The notes beneath the pieces are model-generated. The model saw only the letters and a program-made list of their open reading frames with translations. It ran no database searches and was not told the DNA's origin. A program made the position numbers and the translations under genes. From Eubacteriales bacterium (lineage in GTDB: Bacteria; Bacillota; Clostridia; Christensenellales; UBA1242), in contig JAHAXB010000034.1 of assembly GCA_018384735.1 (NCBI GenBank), positions 19,659-83,658 on the forward strand: 64,000 nucleotides of DNA, in the 5' to 3' direction. Positions 19,849 to 27,774 of the stretch are shown one piece after another. Within the stretch, counting starts at the first letter, position 1. Every line of letters starts with the position of its first letter.

Positions 19849-20899
19849 GTTCTACTCCTAATAAATTTAAAATTTTGTCACCGACCTGTTCGTAGACGTC
19901 TTCAATACTCTGTATCGGACGACGCAGTTGGCGTTTGACTTGTTCGCTATAAATGTTCAAAGTTCCTTGACCGACCGTGGCACGTTGCGCCATCAGCGAC
20001 AATAAATCGCCGCCATAACTGATAGTGTTAAATTCGTTCAACAGGCGGTCTTCCTCTTTGGTTAATTCGTCCGGAATGCTACCGGCTTCCATGAATTTAG
20101 GTTCGCGGTAACCTTGTCCATAGACAATGATTTTACCTGGACACAAGCCGTCGACTTCCAAACTGTCCAAGTCCACACTGCCATCTTCAACCGCGACGAC
20201 ACCGCAGGCCATACGACTCATAAATTCGGCACGGCGGTTTTTAATCGCGTTGTAAGCGCGTTGCACCGGAATTACACGGTCGACCACGGACTTACCAAAG
20301 AACTGTCCCGCGACCAACTCACTGGTTCCGCGTACGAACGGAAACGGATAAGGTAATTCGCCATCATAAACCAAAGTTTGATTGCGAATAATGGTCAGAT
20401 GTTCCCGCGTCCACTTTTCAATCACCAATTCGTCATCCACTTTTTTGGCATGAATGATCGAAGAGATTTCGTCCATGTTGGATACGTCCAGTTTATTGGG
20501 GTAAATTTCAAAGGGCGAACAAACGGTAATGGCAGGTTGTCCATCTTTCTTGGTGACTTTGTAAAACACCGAACCGGTAACCTCCTGCCAAAAATTACCC
20601 TCCTCTACCAAACGTTTAAAGCGTAATTTATCAAACACGGCACGCACCAATTCATCTTTCACCTCAGGTTCGACTTCGGCTAAAATCGCCAAACGGCTTT
20701 CCACCAAGGGCCCGATGTGGTTGAAACTTTCGGTTGCTTGCCAGTAATACTGCTTGCTGTAACCGACATATTGTTCGCCATTGTAAAAGTTCAGATTGTT
20801 TTTCCATTTGTTTTCCAGACCGATGCGCGCATTTTTACGGGCTTCGTAATCATTGATTACCGCATCGACCAGTTGCTTTTTACTTTGTTTAGTTTGCAT
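19838..20899 (-). CDS. Putative phage portal protein
   Basis: 353 aa. ATG 20899 is preceded by AGGAGG. It lies immediately downstream of TerL, and the N-terminal region (NNLNFYNGEQYV) is portal-like. Confidence 0.55.
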   Translation of the reverse strand: MQTKQSKKQLVDAVINDYEARKNARIGLENKWKNNLNFYNGEQYVGYSKQYYWQATESFNHIGPLVESRLAILAEVEPEVKDELVRAVFDKLRFKRLVEEGNFWQEVTGSVFYKVTKKDGQPAITVCSPFEIYPNKLDVSNMDEISSIIHAKKVDDELVIEKWTREHLTIIRNQTLVYDGELPYPFPFVRGTSELVAGQFFGKSVVDRVIPVQRAYNAIKNRRAEFMSRMACGVVAVEDGSVDLDSLEVDGLCPGKIIVYGQGYREPKFMEAGSIPDELTKEEDRLLNEFNTISYGGDLLSLMAQRATVGQGTLNIYSEQVKRQLRRPIQSIEDVYEQVGDKILNLLGVEHGN

Positions 20900-20933
20900 G
20901 TATCCTCCTGCCAGCATTAAAGCACAGATTTTT

Positions 20934-22400
20934 TTAACCGAAGCGTTTTCCTGCCAGTGATTTAATCAAATGTTTTTTGGCTTGCCCCAAAGTATTTAAC
21001 GGTGCCGATGGAGTGTGACAACTGCGTTCCCAATCCATTACGATATACCGCAAAGCATCAATCGTGTGGTCATTAACCTTTTGCGGTTGTTCACCGTCAC
21101 CCCAATAATAACCGCGCAATTCGCCCAGCAAATGCACGCAGTTTTTGAAAACAAATAAATTACGTCGTCCGTCCGCACTGCTGAAGCGCGCTTTCATCGC
21201 TAATAATCCTTGCGCCAAATTTTTGTTGACATTGGTATCGACCGCGACCCCGTGTTGTCGGTACTGTGTCGCAGTGGAAACTTCACACGCCGAAGTTTTC
21301 TGGTTGGCCGCGCTGTCAATCAAGATTTTGACTTGTTTCAAGTTCCAGCCCAAATTTTTGGTGCGTTCCAAAATCGCCCGACAATGGTCGGCTACGGTTA
21401 AGCCGGCGACTTCGTAGTCGCTGATGACGTACAAATTTTCTCCAACCGACACCGCCCAAACTACCGCGGTCGGATTGCGATAGCCGGGGTCAATGCCGAT
21501 GTAATACGCGTCCGGCTGTGGTAACATGACGGGTTCCAAAATGTTATCCGCGGTAAAGTTCGGAAAGACCAACCCCTCACTGGCAACAAAGTGTCCATGC
21601 TGACGACTTTCCAAAACATCGGGTGGTAAGTTGGCAATTAAAAATTGTTTTTCGGCTGGGGATAAATACGGGTTATCGTCCCAACTCATCCAAAAGCACG
21701 CTAAATCTGGTTGCTGTTCTTGGCGCAAATAAATGCGGTCGTAAACCCAACTGCGCCCTTTCAAAGGCGTCATGGTTACCCAATGCACACCACCCCGATC
21801 CAACAAACGCAACAAGCACTCGTCGTAAATATCTGCGGGTGGTTCTTCGTCGAACCAAACATAATCCAACGATACGCCCTGAAACCGTTCGCGTCCCTGT
21901 TCACAGTTACGGAAGCCAATCTTACTGACGGTACCAAAAACATTGCGTACCAAAATAAAGTCAATGACACCGTGCGCCGGTGCAAACGAACTGCCCGAAA
22001 CCATCACGGTTTTGACAATCCATTCGGGTGGTAAGTATTGTAAGATTTTGGCTTGCGCGACATCGCGTTGAACCTGTCGTGTTAAACTGACCACCCAACC
22101 ATCCATCGCATGGTCAATTTTAACAAACGGGTGCAAGCCGGTTGCATACCAAATAGTTTCGATAGCACCGCAAACGCTTTTCCCCGTCCGGTTACCGCCA
22201 AACACAAATCGACTTTTGGCTAACGATTGATGAAATTGTAATTGCTTTTTGTGTAACCGTGGTGGCGCGTCTGGGCGCAATGCTTTGGCTTCCACAGTTG
22301 GTCGCACCCGTGGTTTAACCGTTAGATGTGGCCAGTCGTTGTATTTTAACAGCGGCGCATCGGCCGACAAACTTTGCAGGTTAATGACATCATTTTCCAT
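20934..22400 (-). CDS. Phage terminase large subunit
   Basis: Walker A FGGNRTGKS, Walker B-like LDYVWFDEEP, and nuclease-domain acidic motifs IGIDPGYRNPTAVVWA and DHTIDALRY. Start chosen at ATG 22400 after AAGGGGAG. Confidence 0.85.
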   Translation of the reverse strand: MENDVINLQSLSADAPLLKYNDWPHLTVKPRVRPTVEAKALRPDAPPRLHKKQLQFHQSLAKSRFVFGGNRTGKSVCGAIETIWYATGLHPFVKIDHAMDGWVVSLTRQVQRDVAQAKILQYLPPEWIVKTVMVSGSSFAPAHGVIDFILVRNVFGTVSKIGFRNCEQGRERFQGVSLDYVWFDEEPPADIYDECLLRLLDRGGVHWVTMTPLKGRSWVYDRIYLRQEQQPDLACFWMSWDDNPYLSPAEKQFLIANLPPDVLESRQHGHFVASEGLVFPNFTADNILEPVMLPQPDAYYIGIDPGYRNPTAVVWAVSVGENLYVISDYEVAGLTVADHCRAILERTKNLGWNLKQVKILIDSAANQKTSACEVSTATQYRQHGVAVDTNVNKNLAQGLLAMKARFSSADGRRNLFVFKNCVHLLGELRGYYWGDGEQPQKVNDHTIDALRYIVMDWERSCHTPSAPLNTLGQAKKHLIKSLAGKRFG

Positions 22401-22433
22401 AATTCTCCCCTTGGTACCATTTATCATGGCAGC

Positions 22434-22652
22434 ATGTATCCGTTGTATTTCTTCATCTGCTTAATGTTTTCGGTGGGAATGTTGGTCGGTTTAATCCTGC
22501 TGGCAATATTTCCGGTTGATTTACCTTTGGTTACCAAAACAGTGAAACCGCCCCGCCCCGCAGTTCATCATCGCAAAGCCCGCAGTCCAACCAAACATTT
22601 TGCCAGTGGCTATTGGGACCCGCCTTGGGAAGACGATGACGAGGACCTTTAA
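22434..22652 (+). CDS. Hypothetical small membrane protein (72 aa)
   Basis: One predicted TM helix (FFICLMFSVGMLVGLILLAIF) followed by a basic then acidic tail (WEDDDEDL). It lies on the opposite strand between sigK and terL and may not be real. Confidence 0.3.
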   Translation: MYPLYFFICLMFSVGMLVGLILLAIFPVDLPLVTKTVKPPRPAVHHRKARSPTKHFASGYWDPPWEDDDEDL

Positions 22653-22661
22653 CCATAGCAT

Positions 22662-22691
22662 AGAAAAAGGCAGTCACCACAGGTAACTGCC
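22662..22691 (-). terminator. Rho-independent terminator of sigK
   Basis: On the minus strand, GGCAGU-N11-ACUGCC is followed by UUUUU, 19 nt after the sigK stop. Confidence 0.6.
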
Positions 22692-22709
22692 ACTCAATTA
22701 AAAACTAAT

Positions 22710-23420
22710 TTAACGGAAGTCTTTGAAGTCCGGCTCATGCACAATTTGTTGCACAATTTCCAAAGCGTGTTTCTCGATACGGGAAATGTAACTGCGACTG
22801 ATGTTTAACTGTTTCGCCACTTCGCGTTGCGGTAAGGCCACATGGTCATTCAAACCGTAACGCAAACTGATGATTTTAAATTCGCGTTCATTCAAGCGTG
22901 CGCGCATGGCGGTAACCAATTTTTGCATTAGCTGTTTGTGCATGGCCTCATCAATATCACTCTGCTCGCGGTCATCGGTAATTATGTCCACCAAACAAAT
23001 TTCGTTACCGTCATGGTCATCGCCCAAACTTTCGTTCAAAGAGCCGACCTGCTGGTGTTTTTTGGAAACCCGCAAAAACATTAAGACTTCATTTTCGATG
23101 CAGCGCGAAGCATAAGTTGAAATTTGGGTGCCTTTGTCGGCTTTGAAAGAATTGATGGCTTTAATCAAACCGATGGTACCGCACGAAATTAAATCGTCGG
23201 CTTCGGCGGCTCCGTTGTATTTTTTGACCACATGAGCAACTAAGCGCAGGTTATGGCGGATTAAAATGTCTTTGGCTTGCATGTCGCCTTGCCAAAATTT
23301 TTGAAAATATGCTAACTCGTCTTTTTTGGATAAAGGTTTAGGAAAAGATTTTTTATCGTTAACCAATCCGGAAAAGAACAGTACTTTGCTTAAAAAAGTA
23401 ATGAAATTTTCAAAAATCAT
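22710..23420 (-). CDS. sigK: Sporulation sigma factor, SigK-like (uninterrupted)
   Basis: SFPKPLSKKDE pro-sequence junction, NLRLVAHVVKKY, DLISCGTIGLIKAINSF, TYASRCIENEVLMFLR, DHDGNEICLVDI and ISRSYISRIEKHAL. It resembles SigK more than SigE from recalled sequences. Confidence 0.7.
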   Translation of the reverse strand: MIFENFITFLSKVLFFSGLVNDKKSFPKPLSKKDELAYFQKFWQGDMQAKDILIRHNLRLVAHVVKKYNGAAEADDLISCGTIGLIKAINSFKADKGTQISTYASRCIENEVLMFLRVSKKHQQVGSLNESLGDDHDGNEICLVDIITDDREQSDIDEAMHKQLMQKLVTAMRARLNEREFKIISLRYGLNDHVALPQREVAKQLNISRSYISRIEKHALEIVQQIVHEPDFKDFR

Positions 23421-23456
23421 ATCACACTCTATATGCAGGCGCGGCGCAAAGTGTGA
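23421..23456 (-). promoter_or_regulatory. spoIVA-sigK intergenic hairpin enclosing a CATA-type -10 (GCATATAGA) that ends 7 nt before the sigK ATG
   Basis: The 7-bp inverted repeat UCACACU (23456-23450) and AGUGUGA (23428-23422) has a 21-nt loop containing TATAGA (23433-23428). Confidence 0.45.
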
Positions 23457-24926
23457 TTAAAGTAAGATACAAATAATGCCGCCTTTACCGTTATTAACCA
23501 CTTTACCGATGGTGCGTTTCATTTGCTTCATCGCATTCGCAGGCATGTTGGCGATTTTAGCGCCCACCCCTTCCTGCATGATTTCGTCCAAAGACTTACC
23601 GAAAATTGGGGTTTGCCAAACGGCCTCTTTGTTGGTTTCGTATTCACGTTTCAAAAATTCCAACATTTCTTTGGATTGTTCTTGCGTACCAATGGTCGGG
23701 GTCACTTCACTGCCGACATCAACTTTAATGATGTGTAAACTGGGGGCGGTCGCGCGTAATTTCAAACCGTAGTTTTTGCCGTGCTTATACAAGCGCGGTG
23801 TATCTAATTTGTAACTATCTAAGGTTGGCACCACGACACCATAACCTTTGGTTTCGGCCGCATCAATCGCGTCTTTCAACTTGTCATACTCTTTGGCTTT
23901 GCCCGCTACTTTTTGAATGTAAGCCATCAGGTGTTGTTCGTTTTGAATGTTCAAGCCACTTTCGGCAGAAATCAAATTAAAATACAAATCGTTCTTGGGT
24001 ACTAAGTTATACACAATCGTGCCGGTCGCTACATCAATCTCGCTGGTTTCGATGGCACTAAAATAAGGGCTGTCAGCGCAAACATGGTCGGGATGATTAT
24101 CCGCAATGCGACGTACGGTTTTGGTATAACGGCGCAAACGTTCAATCGCATCACCAATTACCGGATGGTTGGTAGGCATAACTTGCAACCAAGCTGGCAT
24201 ATTGACCTTGAAACCGGTTACCGGAAACTCCGCCAAGACACCGTCAAAAATTGCACTGATGTTATCCAAATTCAAGTTTTCCAAATCCATGCCCAAAACT
24301 TGGACATTGAACTTTTCGCGCAGTTCTTGACAAACTTGGGTGCAGGTTTGGTCATTGGGGCGTTTACTGTTGACCACGACGACAAAGGGCTTGCCGTATT
24401 GTTTCAATTCAAAAATTACTTTGGTTTCCGCAGTGACATAGTTGGTGCGCGGTAAATCGGTAATGGTACCATCGGTTGTAACCACCACGGCGATGGTACT
24501 ATGGTCGACAATGACTTTGCGCGTACCAATTTCCGCCGCTTGGTCAAAAGGCATTTCCACATCGCTCCACGGCGTTTTCACATTACGAATATGACCACCC
24601 TCTTCCAAGCCACTGACTCCGTCAATCATGTAGCCGACGCAATCAATCATGCGCACCCGCATGGCAGCATCACCAATTTTAATACTGACCGCACGGTTCG
24701 GCACAAATTTCGGTTGGGTTGTCATAACCGCGGTACCGTCAGCCGACTGCGGTAATTCGTCAATCACGCGTTGTTGTTCGTAGCTATCCTCAATGTGTGG
24801 AATCGCTAACTGCTGCATGAATTTGGTAATAAAGGTCGACTTACCACAGCGGACCGGTCCAACTACCCCCAAATAAATATCCCCGTTTGTACGCGTTGCG
24901 ATGTTTTCAAAAACCTGATTGTTCAT
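23457..24926 (-). CDS. spoIVA: Stage IV sporulation protein A (spore coat basement-layer ATPase)
   Basis: TNGDIYLGVVGPVRCGKSTFITKFM matches the SpoIVA N-terminal Walker A region, and the length is about 490 aa. Start taken at the second ATG, 24926, 7 nt after CATAAT; ATG 24932 is also possible. Confidence 0.88.
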   Translation of the reverse strand: MNNQVFENIATRTNGDIYLGVVGPVRCGKSTFITKFMQQLAIPHIEDSYEQQRVIDELPQSADGTAVMTTQPKFVPNRAVSIKIGDAAMRVRMIDCVGYMIDGVSGLEEGGHIRNVKTPWSDVEMPFDQAAEIGTRKVIVDHSTIAVVVTTDGTITDLPRTNYVTAETKVIFELKQYGKPFVVVVNSKRPNDQTCTQVCQELREKFNVQVLGMDLENLNLDNISAIFDGVLAEFPVTGFKVNMPAWLQVMPTNHPVIGDAIERLRRYTKTVRRIADNHPDHVCADSPYFSAIETSEIDVATGTIVYNLVPKNDLYFNLISAESGLNIQNEQHLMAYIQKVAGKAKEYDKLKDAIDAAETKGYGVVVPTLDSYKLDTPRLYKHGKNYGLKLRATAPSLHIIKVDVGSEVTPTIGTQEQSKEMLEFLKREYETNKEAVWQTPIFGKSLDEIMQEGVGAKIANMPANAMKQMKRTIGKVVNNGKGGIICILL

Positions 24927-24975
24927 AGCCATGATTATGAAACACGTTTTCAGGTTATAACTTAAAATTTAGGTT

Positions 24976-25683
24976 TTATTTTTTGACGATTTCAGTCGAA
25001 TTACCCGCGTTAATGTCGTCCGCGTTGACGGCGTTCACCGGTTGTTCTTTTTTCTTCAAAATAAATTTGTTTTCCTTACCAGTAAACAGACGCACAATAT
25101 TTTTACGGTGCGAATAAACAATTAAGCCGACACAGACCAAATAAAGCACAATTACCACGGGAGTTTTCGGGGCTTCAATACACAAGGACAAGATGGCCCA
25201 AGTTATCACACCCAATAGCGTGGACAAAGACATAATGTGGGTAATGGCTAACAACGGAATGTAAATGGCGGCCACAACCAACATCACAAGCGGGTTCAAC
25301 ACAAACGCTAAGCCCATCCAAGTTGCCAACCCTTTACCACCTTTGAAGCGGTACCAAACCGGAAAAATTGAACCGAAGATAGCGCTGATACCCATGGCCA
25401 ACATGACAATGTAGTGACTTTGCGTGTACCAAGTAAATTTACCCGTGTAAAGACTGACGAACAAATAACCTATACTGGAAATGCTGGCGCACTTAAAGCA
25501 CTCTAACAAAGTAACCAACAAAAACCATTTGAACCCCATCGCGCGACCAACGTTGGTTGCACCCGCGTTTCCCGAACCGACACGCGATAAATCCACGTGG
25601 CGAATTTTGGTCACTGTTTTTGCGACATTAAAGCCACCAATTAAATAAGCTAACGGACATAATAAAAATAACCACCAAAACAT
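24976..25683 (-). CDS. plsY: Glycerol-3-phosphate acyltransferase PlsY
   Basis: Polytopic membrane protein with GSGNAGATNVGRA. Its start overlaps the der stop (TAATG). Confidence 0.8.
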   Translation of the reverse strand: MFWWLFLLCPLAYLIGGFNVAKTVTKIRHVDLSRVGSGNAGATNVGRAMGFKWFLLVTLLECFKCASISSIGYLFVSLYTGKFTWYTQSHYIVMLAMGISAIFGSIFPVWYRFKGGKGLATWMGLAFVLNPLVMLVVAAIYIPLLAITHIMSLSTLLGVITWAILSLCIEAPKTPVVIVLYLVCVGLIVYSHRKNIVRLFTGKENKFILKKKEQPVNAVNADDINAGNSTEIVKK

Positions 25684-27014
25684 TATTCTTTCTCCCGATT
25701 TCTTAAAAGTAATTTAATCGGCGTACCGGAAAAGTCCACCGATTTACGCAAGGTATTTTCCAAGTAACGCAAATAAGTTCGACCAACCAAATTTTTGTTG
25801 TTAACAAACAAAGCAAAAGTCGGTGGCGCTACCGTAACTTGGGTTGCGTACAAAAACTTGGGACGACCAGCCGCCTTGAACGGAGGTGGCGTCATCGCCA
25901 CAGCATCCAAAATTAAATCGTTTAATTGACCAGTGGTAATGCGGCGTTCGGTATTAGCCAAAACTTTTTCAACTGTGGTCATGACTTCGCCAATGCGTTG
26001 CCCCGTCAAAGCCGAAATGTAGATCGCTTGGAAATACGGCATGAAAGCCAAATCCACCGCCAACTTTTTGTTAAACTCTAATTGGGTGTAACTGTCTTTT
26101 TCCACGATATCCCATTTGTTAATGACAATCACGGAAGGTTTGCCCGCTTCGTGAATGTAACCTGTCAAACGGACGTCTTGTTCGGTTAAACCTTGGGTTG
26201 CATCCACCACCAACAAAACCACATCACTATTTTTAATACTGTGAATTGCACGCAAGACACTGTAATATTCCACAGTTTCCACTTCGACACTGCGCTTGCG
26301 ACGAATTCCCGCAGTATCGGTTAAAATGTAAGGTTTGCCACAATAGTTAAACGGACTGTCAATCGCGTCACGCGTAGTCCCCGCAATGTCGCTAACCATA
26401 ACACGTTTTTCCCCGAGCAAGGCATTGACCAACGAACTTTTGCCCGCATTCGGACGACCAATGATGGCAATGCGTTTGACGTTTTCCGGTGGTTGAGCGC
26501 GTAACAAATTTTTGGCGCGCAGTTTTTGCACTACGGAGTCTAACAAATCACCCAAACCAGTTTTTTGTGCACAAGAAACTGGCAACGGGTCACCAATGCC
26601 CAACTTGTAAAATTCGGCTAAGGTATTATCACGTAAAGTTTGGTTATCCAATTTATTGACACACAAAACAATGGGTTTGTTAAAAGCGCGTAACAGCTTA
26701 ACCACTTTCATGTCATCACCGGTCACCCCGACCATACCATCAACCACAAAGACGACAACATCCGCAATGCCAACGGCGATTTCAACCTGCTCTTTGATGT
26801 GCGCGTTGAAAACACCTTCTTCAAAAGAGACACCGCCAGTATCAACCAAAGAAAAATTGTTTCCGCACCATTCACAATCAGCATAAATGCGGTCACGGGT
26901 TACCCCAGGTTGGTCATCAACAATACTTTGTCCATTTTCGGAAATCGTATTAAACAAAGTGGACTTGCCAACATTGGGGCGTCCCACCAAAGCAACTACC
27001 GGAACCTTAGCCAA
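25683..27014 (-). CDS. der: Ribosome-associated GTPase Der (EngA)
   Basis: Two tandem GTPase domains (GRPNVGKSTLFN and GRPNAGKSSLVN) plus a KH-like C-terminus. TTG start preceded by GGTGGT. Confidence 0.88.
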   Translation of the reverse strand: MAKVPVVALVGRPNVGKSTLFNTISENGQSIVDDQPGVTRDRIYADCEWCGNNFSLVDTGGVSFEEGVFNAHIKEQVEIAVGIADVVVFVVDGMVGVTGDDMKVVKLLRAFNKPIVLCVNKLDNQTLRDNTLAEFYKLGIGDPLPVSCAQKTGLGDLLDSVVQKLRAKNLLRAQPPENVKRIAIIGRPNAGKSSLVNALLGEKRVMVSDIAGTTRDAIDSPFNYCGKPYILTDTAGIRRKRSVEVETVEYYSVLRAIHSIKNSDVVLLVVDATQGLTEQDVRLTGYIHEAGKPSVIVINKWDIVEKDSYTQLEFNKKLAVDLAFMPYFQAIYISALTGQRIGEVMTTVEKVLANTERRITTGQLNDLILDAVAMTPPPFKAAGRPKFLYATQVTVAPPTFALFVNNKNLVGRTYLRYLENTLRKSVDFSGTPIKLLLRNREKE

Positions 27015-27432
27015 TTTGCACCACCTTTAAGCCCGCATACTTGGCGATGGCTTCGCTATATTTGTCAGGATAGCCCTTTTTGTAATAAACAGTATCAATG
27101 CCGACTACGGCTAAATTCTTCATACAAATTAAGCACGGTTTGTGCGTACAGTACACAGTAGCACCTTTCAAAGCAATACCATCGCGAGCAGCTTCACAAA
27201 CACAACGCGTTTCCGCACAAACTGCATTACAAAATCCCGCTCGTGTACCGCTGGGGATATGGTTAATTTCACGTAAGCACCCCCCAATGGCAGCGCAATT
27301 TGGAGCGCCCTCCACTTGCCCATTAACGCCGGAAACCAAAACCTTGCCATCACGAACGATGACACAACCGACATGGTTACGTCCACAACGCGAGGTTTGC
27401 GCCAGCTCTTCTGCCATCTGCATATAATCCAT
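27007..27432 (-). CDS. Cytidine/deoxycytidylate deaminase family protein (dCMP deaminase/ComEB-like)
   Basis: VCAETRCV (C/H-A-E zinc motif) and HKPCLICMKNL (PCxxC). Start chosen at ATG 27432 (MDYMQMAEEL), 7 nt after TATACT. Confidence 0.65.
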   Translation of the reverse strand: MDYMQMAEELAQTSRCGRNHVGCVIVRDGKVLVSGVNGQVEGAPNCAAIGGCLREINHIPSGTRAGFCNAVCAETRCVCEAARDGIALKGATVYCTHKPCLICMKNLAVVGIDTVYYKKGYPDKYSEAIAKYAGLKVVQIG

Positions 27433-27516
27433 CAATCTCAGTATAACCAAAAACTGGGTGGCAGTAAAACGATTGTTTCGCAACTTTCCGTGTTATGGTG
27501 ACGCCAAGGAGGAAAA

Positions 27517-27774
27517 ATGAAAATCAAACCACTATTTGACCGGATTCTTTGCAAGCCGGTCACCGAACAAACCAGTGCGGGCGGAATTTATATTCCCACC
27601 ACCAATGCGGAACGCCACCAAATTATGACGGTGGTCGAGGTTGGTGCGGGTGCGCCCGTAGCCATCGGCGACAAAATCATCATCAACAAATACGCCGGCG
27701 CGGAAGTCGCCGCAAACAACGAAAAATTATACTTGGTGCAAAACTTTGACATCATCGGGGTGATTTATGAATAA
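27517..27774 (+). CDS. groES: Co-chaperonin GroES (short, 85 aa)
   Basis: [15 protein letters not shown]...GGIYIP; strong SD AAGGAGG; overlaps the groEL start by 8 nt. Confidence 0.85.
   Translation: MKIKPLFDRILCKPVTEQTSAGGIYIPTTNAERHQIMTVVEVGAGAPVAIGDKIIINKYAGAEVAANNEKLYLVQNFDIIGVIYE

Larger units (their letters stand above)
16849..22400 (-). mobile_element. Phage-derived head morphogenesis and DNA-packaging module without tail, lysis, integrase or regulatory genes
   Basis: Seven co-directional, mostly overlapping ORFs: TerL, portal, scaffold-like, capsid-like and three small proteins. Flanked by sigK (with its own terminator) and pnp (with its own promoter). Confidence 0.75.

Noticed and set aside
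16701-22518. 10-nt direct repeat TTTCCGGTTG at 16701-16710 and 22509-22518 flanking the phage module, considered as possible att sites.
   Set aside because: A 10-mer match between two ~300-bp flanks is not very unlikely by chance. Both copies lie inside small putative ORFs, and no integrase is present.
22428-22661. 54-codon minus-strand ORF upstream of terL, considered as a candidate small terminase.
   Set aside because: It is too short, is Cys/Gly/Phe-rich with no helix-turn-helix-like segment, has no RBS, and is antisense to a more protein-like membrane ORF. There is no support for it as TerS.
27433-27516. Looked for a CIRCE operator upstream of groES.
   Set aside because: No TTAGCA or TGCTAA half-site is present in the 84-nt divergent intergenic region, which contains only promoter-like hexamers and the SD.
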